Shown piece after piece: positions 34,647-43,896 of a stretch of DNA of 64,000 bases (position 1 is its first letter; each line of letters opens with the position of its first letter). The position numbers were made by a program, and so were the translations under genes. The DNA is from Myxococcota bacterium (GTDB taxonomy: Bacteria; Myxococcota_A; UBA796; CAJQPC01), in the NCBI GenBank assembly GCA_036229005.1, contig JAZAMN010000064.1:32001-96000 (forward strand). The letters are read 5' to 3'. The notes beneath the pieces were generated by a model. The model did not search any database. It was not told the DNA's origin and saw only the letters and a program-made list of their open reading frames with translations.

Positions 34647-37422
34647 GCTTGCGGCCTGCCTTGGAGCGGGCCCGGTCCAGCGCGGAGCCCATGCCGTCCT
34701 GGGGCCCATCGTCGTCGCTGTCGTCTGCGGGGGGAGGTGCGGCGGGTTGGCCCTCGGACACCTTGGCCAACCGCTCGGGCGCTGCCTTGGACGCACGCTT
34801 GGCCGGGCCTCTGCCCATCAGCGAGGTCCCCTCGGCGCGCCCGCCCCGGCCACCCCTGGCGCTTGGGCGTCTGGAGATCCGCCCCCAGAGCAGCAGGCGG
34901 CGGCCCGCGATCTCCAGCAGCAGCAGCACCAGCGCCGCCGCGATCAAGGGCTTGGTCACCACCACCCCGGCGCGTCCGCTGTCGCTGGCCTCCCACAGGG
35001 CGTCCACCTGCCCCAGCGGACCGCCGCCGCTGACCCGCGCCAGAGCGTCCATCGTGTCGCGGCCGGACTCGGGGTCCTCCAGGTGGGCGAACTCGGGGGA
35101 GTGGGGGAGCGCCAGGGGCGGCAGGGTCAGGGCCATGTCGCCGTCGACCTGGACGCTGGCCAGCGCCACCCCCTGGGCGGGGAGCGCCACGCGGGCCTCG
35201 TAGCGGGTGGGGCCGACGCGCTGCAGGCGCACGCTCTGGGTCTGGCCGTCCGGCAGCAGCATCGCGGCGGGCAGGGTGCCGGGCAGCTCGGCGCGGGACT
35301 CCGCGACCTCTACGCGCATCACGCCGTGGCGGCCCTCGCCCAGGATCTCGGCGTACCAGTCCTGGGGCGGGTCCTGCAGCGCGGTCCAGCGGGTCAGGGT
35401 CACGAAGAAGCGGGAGAAGCCGCCCCAGGCCACCACCGGGCGCCCCTGCTGGCCACCCACCTGTCCGGTGTAGGCGGCCGTTCGGCCCAGCCCGGCCTGC
35501 TGCCAGGCCACGACCACCGCCGCGTTCTCGTCCAGGGTCTGCACGCCAGTGGTCGCGCCCGGCTTGGGCCAGACCAGGTTGTAGGCGGGCAGGGTGGGGA
35601 AGGACTGCGTGGGCAGGCCCAGGGTCAGCAGCGAGGGCAGCGGTTCGGCGGCTGTGGGGCTCTCCACCCAGGCGGAGCGGGCGGCCACCAGCGTGTCCAG
35701 GGCGAACAGCCGGGGCAGGTCCGCCGGGGACTGGGTGAACCACGCCTCGCCGCCGCCCTGCTTGGCGGTGCGCAGCAGGAAGGCCGCGTCGATGTCCTGC
35801 TTGGTGCCCAGGGCGATCACGGAGACCGTGACCCCGTCGGCCTCCATGGTCTTGAGCAGCCCCGGCACCCCCTCCTGCTGCTCGGAGTCGGCGGCGTCCG
35901 AGAACAGGATGACGTGCTTGTTGCGCTGGGGCGCCTTCAAGAGCTGCTCGTGGGCCGCCTCCAGCGCGACGCGGGTGTAGATGCCGCCGCCCATGGACTC
36001 GATGCGGGCCACGTCGGCCGCCATCGCGTCGGGGTCCTCCACCGGGGCCTGGGGGACGATGACGTGGGGCGCGGAGTCCACCGCGATCACCGACACGCTG
36101 TCGATGGGCGAGAGCATGCGGATCGCCGTGGCCGTGCCGTCGTTGGCCAGGTCCATCTTGGTCAGGCCCGGCTGCACCTCGGCGGCCATGGACCCGCTGC
36201 GGTCCAGCACCACGGACAGAGCCATGCCCACCTTGCGGTGCTCCTGCTTGAGCTCCATGGACACGGGCAGCACCGGCTCCAGGGTGGAGTGGTGGTAGCC
36301 GCCGACGCCGAAGCTGGCGTGCCCGCCGGTCATCAGCAGGCCGCCGCCCTGCAGCTCCACGAAGCTGCGCAGCGCGGACATCCCTTCCAGCCCCAGGCGC
36401 TGGGCGTCCACGTTCTCCAGGACCACGGCGCGGTAGCGGCTCAGGCTCAGGGCGCTCAGGGGGTGGTCTTCTGGCGTGGCGACGTGCACCTCGAGCCCAC
36501 CCTGCTCCAGGGCCTGGCTCAGGGTGGAGGCCGCGCCGCTGTCGTTGAGCACCAGGATGCTGCGGCGCCCCTCCGCCAGCACGGCGCCTGTGCCCACGTT
36601 GTTCTGGGGCTGGGGGTCGCCCTGCCCGGCGCTGACCTGGAGCTGGTACACGCCCACCCCGGCCTGGGGCAGGGCGTCGCGGAACACCAGGCGGTTCAGG
36701 CCGGGCTCGAAGACCTGGCGGCCCGAGCTGAGGACGGAGCCGTCGCGGGTGAGCACCCAGTCGGCCTCCTGCTGCGTGTCCGCGCGCACCCAGCCGGAGA
36801 ACTGGAAGGGCTCGTCCACGTCCAGAGCGGGGGGCAGGTCCAGGCGGGCCACCGACAGGTCCTCCCGGGCCAGGGGGCGGCCCAGGTGGCGCACGTGGAT
36901 GGGCACCTGTCGGGAGGCCGCACGGCGCGCTGCGGGCAGGGGGCTGCCCTCGGTGGCGCGGCCGTCGCTGAGCAGCACGATGCTCCCGGCGCGGGACTCG
37001 GGGATCAGGCTCAGAGCCAGATCCAGGCTGGCCCCGATGTCGCTGCCCTGTTCGCCCTCGCCGGCGGTGAAGCCCTCGAAGCGCCCCTCTTCGGAGAGCG
37101 GCCGCTCGATGACCGCCTGCTCCCCCACGCGCACCACGGCCACGCGGTCGCCGGGGCCCCGGCTGCCCTCCAGCAGGCCGATGATCTCCTCGGCCCGGGT
37201 CTGAGAGGCGGCGGGCATGCTCGCGCTGCGGTCCACCACCACCACCACATCCCGGCCGGTCGCCGGCCTCTGAACGATGGGCCCGGCCAGCGCGAGGACA
37301 ACCGCAGCCAGCAGCAGCGCGCGCACCGCCGCGCCCATGCGCTCGGGGGGGCGGGTCAGCCACCACAGCGCCGCCGCGGGCAGCGCCAATAGCAGCAGCT
37401 CGGGGATCAGCAGGCCGATCAC
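34636..37422 (-). CDS. Membrane protein with two vWA domains and a GATase-like domain
   Basis: MIDAS motifs VDRSASM and LDRSGSM; LLSDG and LFSD; LRSFVELQGGGLLMTGG; C-terminal TM. Confidence 0.85.
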   Translation of the reverse strand: MIGLLIPELLLLALPAAALWWLTRPPERMGAAVRALLLAAVVLALAGPIVQRPATGRDVVVVVDRSASMPAASQTRAEEIIGLLEGSRGPGDRVAVVRVGEQAVIERPLSEEGRFEGFTAGEGEQGSDIGASLDLALSLIPESRAGSIVLLSDGRATEGSPLPAARRAASRQVPIHVRHLGRPLAREDLSVARLDLPPALDVDEPFQFSGWVRADTQQEADWVLTRDGSVLSSGRQVFEPGLNRLVFRDALPQAGVGVYQLQVSAGQGDPQPQNNVGTGAVLAEGRRSILVLNDSGAASTLSQALEQGGLEVHVATPEDHPLSALSLSRYRAVVLENVDAQRLGLEGMSALRSFVELQGGGLLMTGGHASFGVGGYHHSTLEPVLPVSMELKQEHRKVGMALSVVLDRSGSMAAEVQPGLTKMDLANDGTATAIRMLSPIDSVSVIAVDSAPHVIVPQAPVEDPDAMAADVARIESMGGGIYTRVALEAAHEQLLKAPQRNKHVILFSDAADSEQQEGVPGLLKTMEADGVTVSVIALGTKQDIDAAFLLRTAKQGGGEAWFTQSPADLPRLFALDTLVAARSAWVESPTAAEPLPSLLTLGLPTQSFPTLPAYNLVWPKPGATTGVQTLDENAAVVVAWQQAGLGRTAAYTGQVGGQQGRPVVAWGGFSRFFVTLTRWTALQDPPQDWYAEILGEGRHGVMRVEVAESRAELPGTLPAAMLLPDGQTQSVRLQRVGPTRYEARVALPAQGVALASVQVDGDMALTLPPLALPHSPEFAHLEDPESGRDTMDALARVSGGGPLGQVDALWEASDSGRAGVVVTKPLIAAALVLLLLEIAGRRLLLWGRISRRPSARGGRGGRAEGTSLMGRGPAKRASKAAPERLAKVSEGQPAAPPPADDSDDDGPQDGMGSALDRARSKAGRKLKR

Positions 37423-39170
37423 AGGGCCACCCGGGGCAGGACCAGGCGGTCGTCATTGCGCAGGGCCCACCAGTCCAGGGCCAACACCAGCAGGAGCAGG
37501 ATCAGCAGGGCGCTGTCCGACAGGGACACGCTGGCCTCGGCGACGGCGCTGCCACCCTCAGCGGCGCGGGCCCCGGCGCTGCGGCCGCGCAGCTCGGACT
37601 CCAGAGGGTCCAGGGCGTTGACCGCGATCTCCGTGGGCGGCTCCTGATCCCGCTGCACGGTCCACACGCCAGGCGTGCTCAGGCCGCCGATGTCCAGGGC
37701 CTCCTGGTGGGGCAGCTTGCGGCTGCGGCCGGCGGGGTCGGTGAGCGTCCACTCGCCCAGGGGAGCGCTGCGCCAGACCAGGCTCTGCCCTACCTGGGTG
37801 GTGGTGCGCGAGAGCCCGGGCAGCGCCGCGCGGCGGGCCTCCGCCAGGTTGAGCAGCAGGATCGGCCAGTCCGGGGAGCGCGCCAGGCTGCTGCGGGCCG
37901 GGTCCAGGTTGAGGCGGTAGTGACCCTGTCCTCGCTGGAGGAGCAGAGCCTCCGAGCCGGCGGTGATCAGGGCCTGGCCAGGCGGTGGGGGCTGCGTGGG
38001 GAGCGACCAGATCACCCCCTCCAGGCTCATCCCCCGGGTGATGGGGTGGTCCTGGGCGACCAGGAATGGGCCCAGCAGCGCGGCCGACTCGCCCGGGGGC
38101 GGGAGCTCGATGCGCCAGGTGTCGGGGGCGTCCACCGCCTCGCCCAGCACGATGTGGGCGCGGTCCGCGGAGACCAGGCGGGCGTCGGGGACCAGGGTGG
38201 CCCAGCGTTCGCCGCTCGCGTCCAGGCCCAGAGCGCGCGCGCGGTCTTCGGAGAGGGCCAGGTGGAGGCCCAGGGTGCGGGGGGGGAGGGGGGCCAGCCA
38301 GGCCTCGTCGTCGAGCGGGAGCGCGTTCCGTTCGCTGGGCAGGACCAGGGCCAGGCGGAGCATCCCAGCGCTGTGGGGGACGCTGATCTGCTCCTCCAGG
38401 ACCCCATCGGGAGGCAGCGTGATCGGGCGCTCCGCCAGGCGGGTCTCGCCCTCCCAGAGCTCCAGGGTGCCGGCGGCCGGCTCGTCCGAGAAGGAGCGCA
38501 GCATCGCGAACACCAGGTCGCTGTCGGCGGGCCCCCGGACGCGCTGGGCGTGGGAGAGGCCCAGGTTGTCGGCGGGCTCCCCCAGGGCCACGAGGCCGGC
38601 CTCGGGGGGCCAGTTCTGGGGCTGGAAGTCGTCGGTGATGAAGGTGAGCTCGCCGCCGGCCGAGAGCTGCAGCGCCAGGTCGATCGCCGCCCCGGGGTCA
38701 TGGGAGGCAGCGGCGGGGCTCCAGCGGTCCAGGGCCGGGTCCACCTCTTCGCGCAGTGCTCCGGGCCCCACCAGCATGCGCGGGCTGGCCCCAGTGAGGA
38801 CAACGCTGACCCGATCCCGAGCCTTGAGGCCGCGCAGCTCCTTGTCCAGCGCCTGACGGGCCGGGCCCTCCACGGCCTGCATGGAGGCGGAGTCGTCCAG
38901 CACGATCACCCGGTGCTCCGCGCTGCCACCGCAGCCCCGTACCCCCGCGAGCGCCAGGGCCAGGAGCACGACCGCCAGCAGCTCCAGCCAGAAAGAGGGG
39001 GAGCGGTGCAGAGGCTGACGCTTGCGGCCGCTGCCCCGGGGACTGCCCATCCCCTCCCACAAGAAGAGCGCGGAGACCTTTCGCTGCTTGGCCTGCTGTC
39101 GGTACAGGTGCAGGCCGACCACCGCCGGGACGCCCAACAGGGCGAGCAGTCCCAGGGGAGTCGTGAACAC
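37419..39170 (-). CDS. BatA-type N-terminal double-TM protein with vWA domain
   Basis: MFTTPLGLLALLGVPAVVGLHLY...VSALFLW; LDDSASM; C-terminal TM ending LALDWW. Confidence 0.85.
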   Translation of the reverse strand: MFTTPLGLLALLGVPAVVGLHLYRQQAKQRKVSALFLWEGMGSPRGSGRKRQPLHRSPSFWLELLAVVLLALALAGVRGCGGSAEHRVIVLDDSASMQAVEGPARQALDKELRGLKARDRVSVVLTGASPRMLVGPGALREEVDPALDRWSPAAASHDPGAAIDLALQLSAGGELTFITDDFQPQNWPPEAGLVALGEPADNLGLSHAQRVRGPADSDLVFAMLRSFSDEPAAGTLELWEGETRLAERPITLPPDGVLEEQISVPHSAGMLRLALVLPSERNALPLDDEAWLAPLPPRTLGLHLALSEDRARALGLDASGERWATLVPDARLVSADRAHIVLGEAVDAPDTWRIELPPPGESAALLGPFLVAQDHPITRGMSLEGVIWSLPTQPPPPGQALITAGSEALLLQRGQGHYRLNLDPARSSLARSPDWPILLLNLAEARRAALPGLSRTTTQVGQSLVWRSAPLGEWTLTDPAGRSRKLPHQEALDIGGLSTPGVWTVQRDQEPPTEIAVNALDPLESELRGRSAGARAAEGGSAVAEASVSLSDSALLILLLLVLALDWWALRNDDRLVLPRVAL

Positions 39171-39232
39171 GGGGCCTCCGGAGCGTGGCTTGGCTACGGG
39201 GCAGGGCCGAGCCCTGTTTCACCCCGCGGCGG

Positions 39233-40150
39233 TCAGTGCTGCTCGATGTCGACCAGGGTCCCGCCGAAGCGGAGCTGGCGGGTGGGCTTGCGGCGCTCCA
39301 CCAGGTGCTGGGCGCCGTCGATTCCGCAGGAGGCGAGCTGCTGCCGAGCCCGGAAGATGTAGACGGACAGGGTGCCCTCGCTCACGCGCAGGGCCTTGGC
39401 GAGCTCGTCCACGTAGAGCCACCCCTGCTCGGTCTCATCGGGGTCCTTGTCCTCGGCGCGGGCGCGGGCCAGCTCCATGAGCATCCAGTGGTGGGCGCGG
39501 TTTCCCAGGTCCCAGGAGTCCCCGCCAAAGTCGACCGTGAGCTGCACGTTCTCCTGGTCGCGGGTGACGTCAAAGCGGAAGCGCACGCTGTCCAGGGTGG
39601 GGCCCTTGGCCTCCAGTGCCTCGGTGCCGACGTTGCCGCCGGGCAGGTGCAGGCGCCACTCGCGGCCGGCCGCGTGGACCACCTGCAGGTCCTCGACCAG
39701 CACCTCGGTCCCGTCCACGCCCTCGGCGACCCAGCGGTCCTGGGCGTCCTTGTAGATGTTGAGCTCGGGGCTCTCGGGGGGGGCGGGCAGCACCAACAGG
39801 CCCTCCACCCCCGCGACGGACTCGGCGTCTGCACCCAGGGGCGCCGCGGTGGGCACGGGTGGCGCCGCGCTGTCCACGATCCAGCGGCAGCCGTCGCTCC
39901 CGAAGGTCAGCACGCTCCCGCTCTTGAGGGGGTGGGCCCCGGCGGGCAGCAGGGCGCCGTCCAGCAGCGTGCCGTTGCGGCTGCCCAGGTCCCGGATCAC
40001 CCAGGTGTTCCCGGTCCAACGCAGCGTCGCGTGCTGTGAGGACACCGCCGGGCTGTCCAGGCGCAGATCGCAGCGCCGGGACCTGCCGATCAGGTGCTCC
40101 GCGTGGAGGGTGATCAGTCGTCCGCTGTCCGTTTCTCTGAGTACCGCCAT
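39233..40150 (-). CDS. FHA-domain protein with probable C-terminal winged-helix domain
   Basis: FHA motifs IGRS, VSSQHA, DLGSRNGT; C-terminal LAKALRVSEGTLSVYIFRARQQL...LVERR. Confidence 0.85.
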   Translation of the reverse strand: MAVLRETDSGRLITLHAEHLIGRSRRCDLRLDSPAVSSQHATLRWTGNTWVIRDLGSRNGTLLDGALLPAGAHPLKSGSVLTFGSDGCRWIVDSAAPPVPTAAPLGADAESVAGVEGLLVLPAPPESPELNIYKDAQDRWVAEGVDGTEVLVEDLQVVHAAGREWRLHLPGGNVGTEALEAKGPTLDSVRFRFDVTRDQENVQLTVDFGGDSWDLGNRAHHWMLMELARARAEDKDPDETEQGWLYVDELAKALRVSEGTLSVYIFRARQQLASCGIDGAQHLVERRKPTRQLRFGGTLVDIEQH

Positions 40151-40156
40151 GCTCGG

Positions 40157-40162
40157 AGCCTA
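40157..40162 (-). promoter_or_regulatory. -10 element (TAGGCT) of a probable leaderless promoter
   Basis: On the minus strand: TAGGCT, then 6 nt, then ATG at 40150. Confidence 0.55.
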
Positions 40163-40199
40163 ACCCGTATTAGGATGCAGGGGGGGCGCTTGAGGCGCT

Positions 40200-42506
40200 G
40201 TGTCCGACCCTTTCTCCACGCAATACCGCACTTTGGCCACCCAAGACGGGGTGGGCACCCTCACCGGCAGGGGAGCCAACCCCGCCCGGCCAGTGCTCCC
40301 GCAGCGCTTCCGCTTCATCCGATACCTGGGACATGGCGCCCAGGGCGAGGTCTACGAGGTCGAGGATCAACAGCTCCGCCGGCACCTGGCCCTCAAGACC
40401 TTGCGGCGGGAGCGCAGCGATCCCCAAGCGCAAGCCCGCTTCGCCCGCGAGCGCGACCTGGGTGCGGGGTTGTCCCACCCCAACATCGCCACCATCGTCG
40501 ACGCGGGGCGGCTCCCAGACGGCAGGTCCTGGTTCACCATGCCGGTCATCACCGGGCAGACGCTCTCCGAGCGCCTGGATGGCATGGACTACGTGCACAG
40601 CGCGGGGGGGTGGGGCACCGGCGAGGACGGGGAGCGCCTGCGCGGGCTGCTCTGGTCCTTCAGCCGGGTGGCCGACGCCGTGGAGTACGCCCACGACAAG
40701 GGGGTGATCCACCGGGACATCAAGCCCCACAACGTCCTGCTGGGCCACGCCGGCGAGGTCTACCTGGTCGACTGGGGCACCGCCTCCCGCCCCGGTCAGG
40801 TCGTCGAGCGCGCGGGCACGCCGGCCTACATGAGCGCCCAGCAGGGAGAGGGCGAGCCCCCCAGCGTCGGGCAGGACGTCTACAGCCTGGGCTGCACCCT
40901 GTTCCACATCCTGGCGGGCCACGCCCCCCGTCCCTGGCAGGTGGACCAGCCGCACCCCACCGAGCAGCGCCTGGATGACGTCTGGGCCTTGGCCGACTCC
41001 CGCTACGGTGGCGTCCCCGAGCAGCTCATCCAGGCCTGCGCTGCCGCCCTCCAGCCCCATGAGCGCGACCGCCCGCGCGCGGAGTATCTGGGCCGTCAGG
41101 TGCGCCGCTGGCTGGAGGGCATGCCCGCCCGGAGCGAGGCCGAAGGCCGCTTCAACGAGGCCCGGGACCGCCTCCCCCTGCTCCTGGTCGAGCGCGAGCA
41201 GCAGCGGCAGGAGGAGGAGAGGCTGCGCCAGGTGATCTGGGAGGGGGGCGCCTGCACCGAGCTCCCCGATCGGCTCCAGCGCCTCTCTGAGCTGCAGGCC
41301 ACCGGCGAGGACCTCGATCTGCGGATCAGCGAGAGCGCCACCCTGCTGCGCGCCAGCATGCGTCGCTACGAGATCCAGGGCGTCCACGCCCTGCTGGCCG
41401 GCCACTACCGGGATCGCGCCCGCGAGGCCGAGCTGCGGGGTGACCGGACCGAGCTCCTGCGCCGCCTGGGTGAGCTCGCCGAGCACGATCCCCAGGGCAG
41501 CTTCGCGCCGGTGCTCCAGGGCCAGGCCCGCTACACCCTGGAGTGCGAGCACCCCGCCGTCCTGGAGCTCTACCGCAGCGAGCCCCGGGCCACCGTCCTG
41601 GAGTGGGTGCCCGACCGCGCGATCCGCCCCCCCTTCCGCAGCGAGCCGGTCCCCGCCCGCGAATACCTGCTGCGCCTCCACGCCCCCGACTGCACACCGC
41701 TGGATCTGCCCGTCTGCTTCCGCCGCGGCGAGCACTGGCGCCACGTTGACCCCGGAGCGGTCGAACGGCCCCTGCGGCTGCTGCGCGCGGACGCCCTGGC
41801 CCCCGACGAGCGCCTGGTCCCCGCGGGATTTGCTGTCCTGGGCGGAGACCCCGCCGCCCCCGGCGCCTTCCACCGACCCGCGCGCGCCTGGGTGCCCGAC
41901 TTCATCGCCAAGGCCCGTCCCCTCAGCAATGGCGAATACCGGGCCTGGCTGCTCCAGCAGCCGGAGCTCGAGAGCGGGTGGCCGGCGAGCTGGGATCTGC
42001 GCCCCGGTGACCTCGCCGGCATGCCCGAGTCCTGGGCCCAGTGCCCGGTGGGCGGGATCCCGAGCGGTGCACGCGCGCGCTTGCTGGCGGACCTGACCCC
42101 TTGGCGCCTCCCCCACGAGTGGGAGTGGGAGAAGATGGCCCGGGGACCGGCCGGACGGAGCTGGCCCGGGGGCTGGGAGGGCACCGCGCTGGCCTACTGT
42201 GGTCGGGAGCCCGGCGCGCACCCCATCGACCGCTCGGTCTACGGCATCGAGGGGCTCGCCCTGGGCTTGATGTCCCTGTGCAGCAACACCTGGTGCCTGC
42301 AGCCGCCTGGAGAGCGCGTGGACCCCAGCTCCCAGGGGAGGGGAGGGGCCCGGGTGGCTCGAGGTGGTTGGCCCACCGCCAGCATCGAGCAGCGCCGCGC
42401 AGCCGCCAGGCACCGGCTGGGCCCAGGCGAGGACACGCTGGCGCACGTTGGGATCCACCTGGTCCGGGACGTGGACCCCGGACTCTGGGCGCCCGCTACC
42501 CGCTGA
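40200..42506 (+). CDS. Ser/Thr protein kinase with C-terminal FGE/SUMF1-like domain
   Basis: LGHGAQGEVY, LALK, HPNI, HRDIKPHNV, DWG, GTPAYM, DVYSLG; C-terminal LSNGEYRAW, RLPHEWEWEKMARG, RSWPGG, SVYGI, RGG. Confidence 0.85.
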   Translation: MSDPFSTQYRTLATQDGVGTLTGRGANPARPVLPQRFRFIRYLGHGAQGEVYEVEDQQLRRHLALKTLRRERSDPQAQARFARERDLGAGLSHPNIATIVDAGRLPDGRSWFTMPVITGQTLSERLDGMDYVHSAGGWGTGEDGERLRGLLWSFSRVADAVEYAHDKGVIHRDIKPHNVLLGHAGEVYLVDWGTASRPGQVVERAGTPAYMSAQQGEGEPPSVGQDVYSLGCTLFHILAGHAPRPWQVDQPHPTEQRLDDVWALADSRYGGVPEQLIQACAAALQPHERDRPRAEYLGRQVRRWLEGMPARSEAEGRFNEARDRLPLLLVEREQQRQEEERLRQVIWEGGACTELPDRLQRLSELQATGEDLDLRISESATLLRASMRRYEIQGVHALLAGHYRDRAREAELRGDRTELLRRLGELAEHDPQGSFAPVLQGQARYTLECEHPAVLELYRSEPRATVLEWVPDRAIRPPFRSEPVPAREYLLRLHAPDCTPLDLPVCFRRGEHWRHVDPGAVERPLRLLRADALAPDERLVPAGFAVLGGDPAAPGAFHRPARAWVPDFIAKARPLSNGEYRAWLLQQPELESGWPASWDLRPGDLAGMPESWAQCPVGGIPSGARARLLADLTPWRLPHEWEWEKMARGPAGRSWPGGWEGTALAYCGREPGAHPIDRSVYGIEGLALGLMSLCSNTWCLQPPGERVDPSSQGRGGARVARGGWPTASIEQRRAAARHRLGPGEDTLAHVGIHLVRDVDPGLWAPATR

Positions 42507-42509
42507 GGC

Positions 42510-43409
42510 TCAGAAGGTGCCGGAGTAGCCCATCACGGGGCGGCCCTCGTCGTCCACGAACACCAGCACGCCGGTCCCGGCGGCCAGGCACACGCCGCCG
42601 ATGGCGAACAGGGCCATGCTCTGGGCGCGCGCGGGGGCGATCTGGTCGTTCCACATGGTGTCGGCGCGGCTGGCGTCTTCCGGGCTGCGGATGGTGCCGT
42701 CGCCGTTGGTGTCCAGGCCCGCGTACTCCTGGTAGACGGGCAGGGTGCCCATGCGGATCACGGTGCCGGTGGCCAGCGCGCCTACACCCACGGCCGCGAT
42801 CCCGGCGCCCGCGATCTTGGCGCCGCGGCCGGGGGTGGGCTCACGCGGGGTGTCCTGCGCGGGGGGCGCGACCTCCGGAGGCTTGGTCGCCACGGGCTGC
42901 TCGACGGGGGTGGTCTCCACGGGCTCCGGGTCTTCGGCGACGACTGCGGTGGCGGCCTCGGGCTCGAGCTGCAGGTTCAGGCGGTAGGCGCCGCCCATCT
43001 CGACCACCAGGGACTGCTCGAGGGTGGCCATCCCGGGGGCGCTCGCCACGATGCTGTGGGCGCCGCAGGCCAGGGGCAGCATGGCGGGGGCGGGGACCAC
43101 GGTGTCGTCCACCTTGAGGGTGGCCTCGGGGTCGCTCACGCGGATCTCGGCGAAGCCGCCCACGGGCTGCAGCTCCAGCTCCAGGGGCAGGGTCTGGCCC
43201 GGGGAGAGCTCCACCTGCTGGCTGGCGGTCAGGCAGTCGCCGTTGACCTGGATGGTGTGCTTGCCGGGCGCCAGAGTCAGCGTGCTGGGGGCGGTCTTGC
43301 CGCTGTCCTGGCCGTCGACCAGGATCTTGCCGCCGCTGGTGTTGGCGCTGACCTGCACGGTCGCGTCCTGGGCGTAGGCGAGGCTGAGGGACAACAAGAG
43401 GTGCATCAT
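42510..43409 (-). CDS. PEGA-domain protein
   Basis: Signal peptide; GGKILVDG...GKTAP...LAPGKHTIQV and a second PEGA-like repeat; C-terminal hydrophobic helices. Confidence 0.8.
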   Translation of the reverse strand: MMHLLLSLSLAYAQDATVQVSANTSGGKILVDGQDSGKTAPSTLTLAPGKHTIQVNGDCLTASQQVELSPGQTLPLELELQPVGGFAEIRVSDPEATLKVDDTVVPAPAMLPLACGAHSIVASAPGMATLEQSLVVEMGGAYRLNLQLEPEAATAVVAEDPEPVETTPVEQPVATKPPEVAPPAQDTPREPTPGRGAKIAGAGIAAVGVGALATGTVIRMGTLPVYQEYAGLDTNGDGTIRSPEDASRADTMWNDQIAPARAQSMALFAIGGVCLAAGTGVLVFVDDEGRPVMGYSGTF

Positions 43410-43497
43410 GGCCGCAGTCTCACCCCCGGGAAGGGATTGTGCAAGGTTGATTGCCCCCGTGTGATAGAGCGCTCAGGTCCCCGGCCCTGGAGAGAGC

Positions 43498-43896
43498 ATG
43501 ACCCCCTTCAACATCCGCAAGCGCCTCAAGCGCCTGCTGGGCCTCGAGCCCGCCGAGCGCACCCCCGAGCCCACCCCGCCCCCGCGCGAGAAGGTCACCC
43601 TGGTGCTGGTCGACGCCGACGGCAACGAGCAGACCTACCAGGGCCACGAGGGCGACACCCCGCTGTTCATCAGCGGCAACATGGCCAAGCCCATCGGCTC
43701 GGGCTGCAACGACAGCTCCTGCGCCACCTGCCGGGTCGAGGTCCTGGAGGGCGCCGAGAACCTCAGCCCCCAGGCCGAGCGCGAGCGCCAGACCCTCCAG
43801 GAGAACGGACACTCCCCCGACCTGCGCCTGGCCTGCCGCACCGAGATCCTGCGCGGCACCGTCAAGGTCCGCGCCTACGAGTTCCTGGAGCTCTGA
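43498..43896 (+). CDS. 2Fe-2S ferredoxin
   Basis: CNDSSCATC...RLAC cysteine pattern. Confidence 0.9.
   Translation: MTPFNIRKRLKRLLGLEPAERTPEPTPPPREKVTLVLVDADGNEQTYQGHEGDTPLFISGNMAKPIGSGCNDSSCATCRVEVLEGAENLSPQAERERQTLQENGHSPDLRLACRTEILRGTVKVRAYEFLEL

Noticed and set aside
43416..43421. Sixth leaderless -10 element (GAGACT, 6 nt before ATG 43409, minus strand)
   Set aside because: Spacing fits but the conserved first T is missing, so it was not counted.
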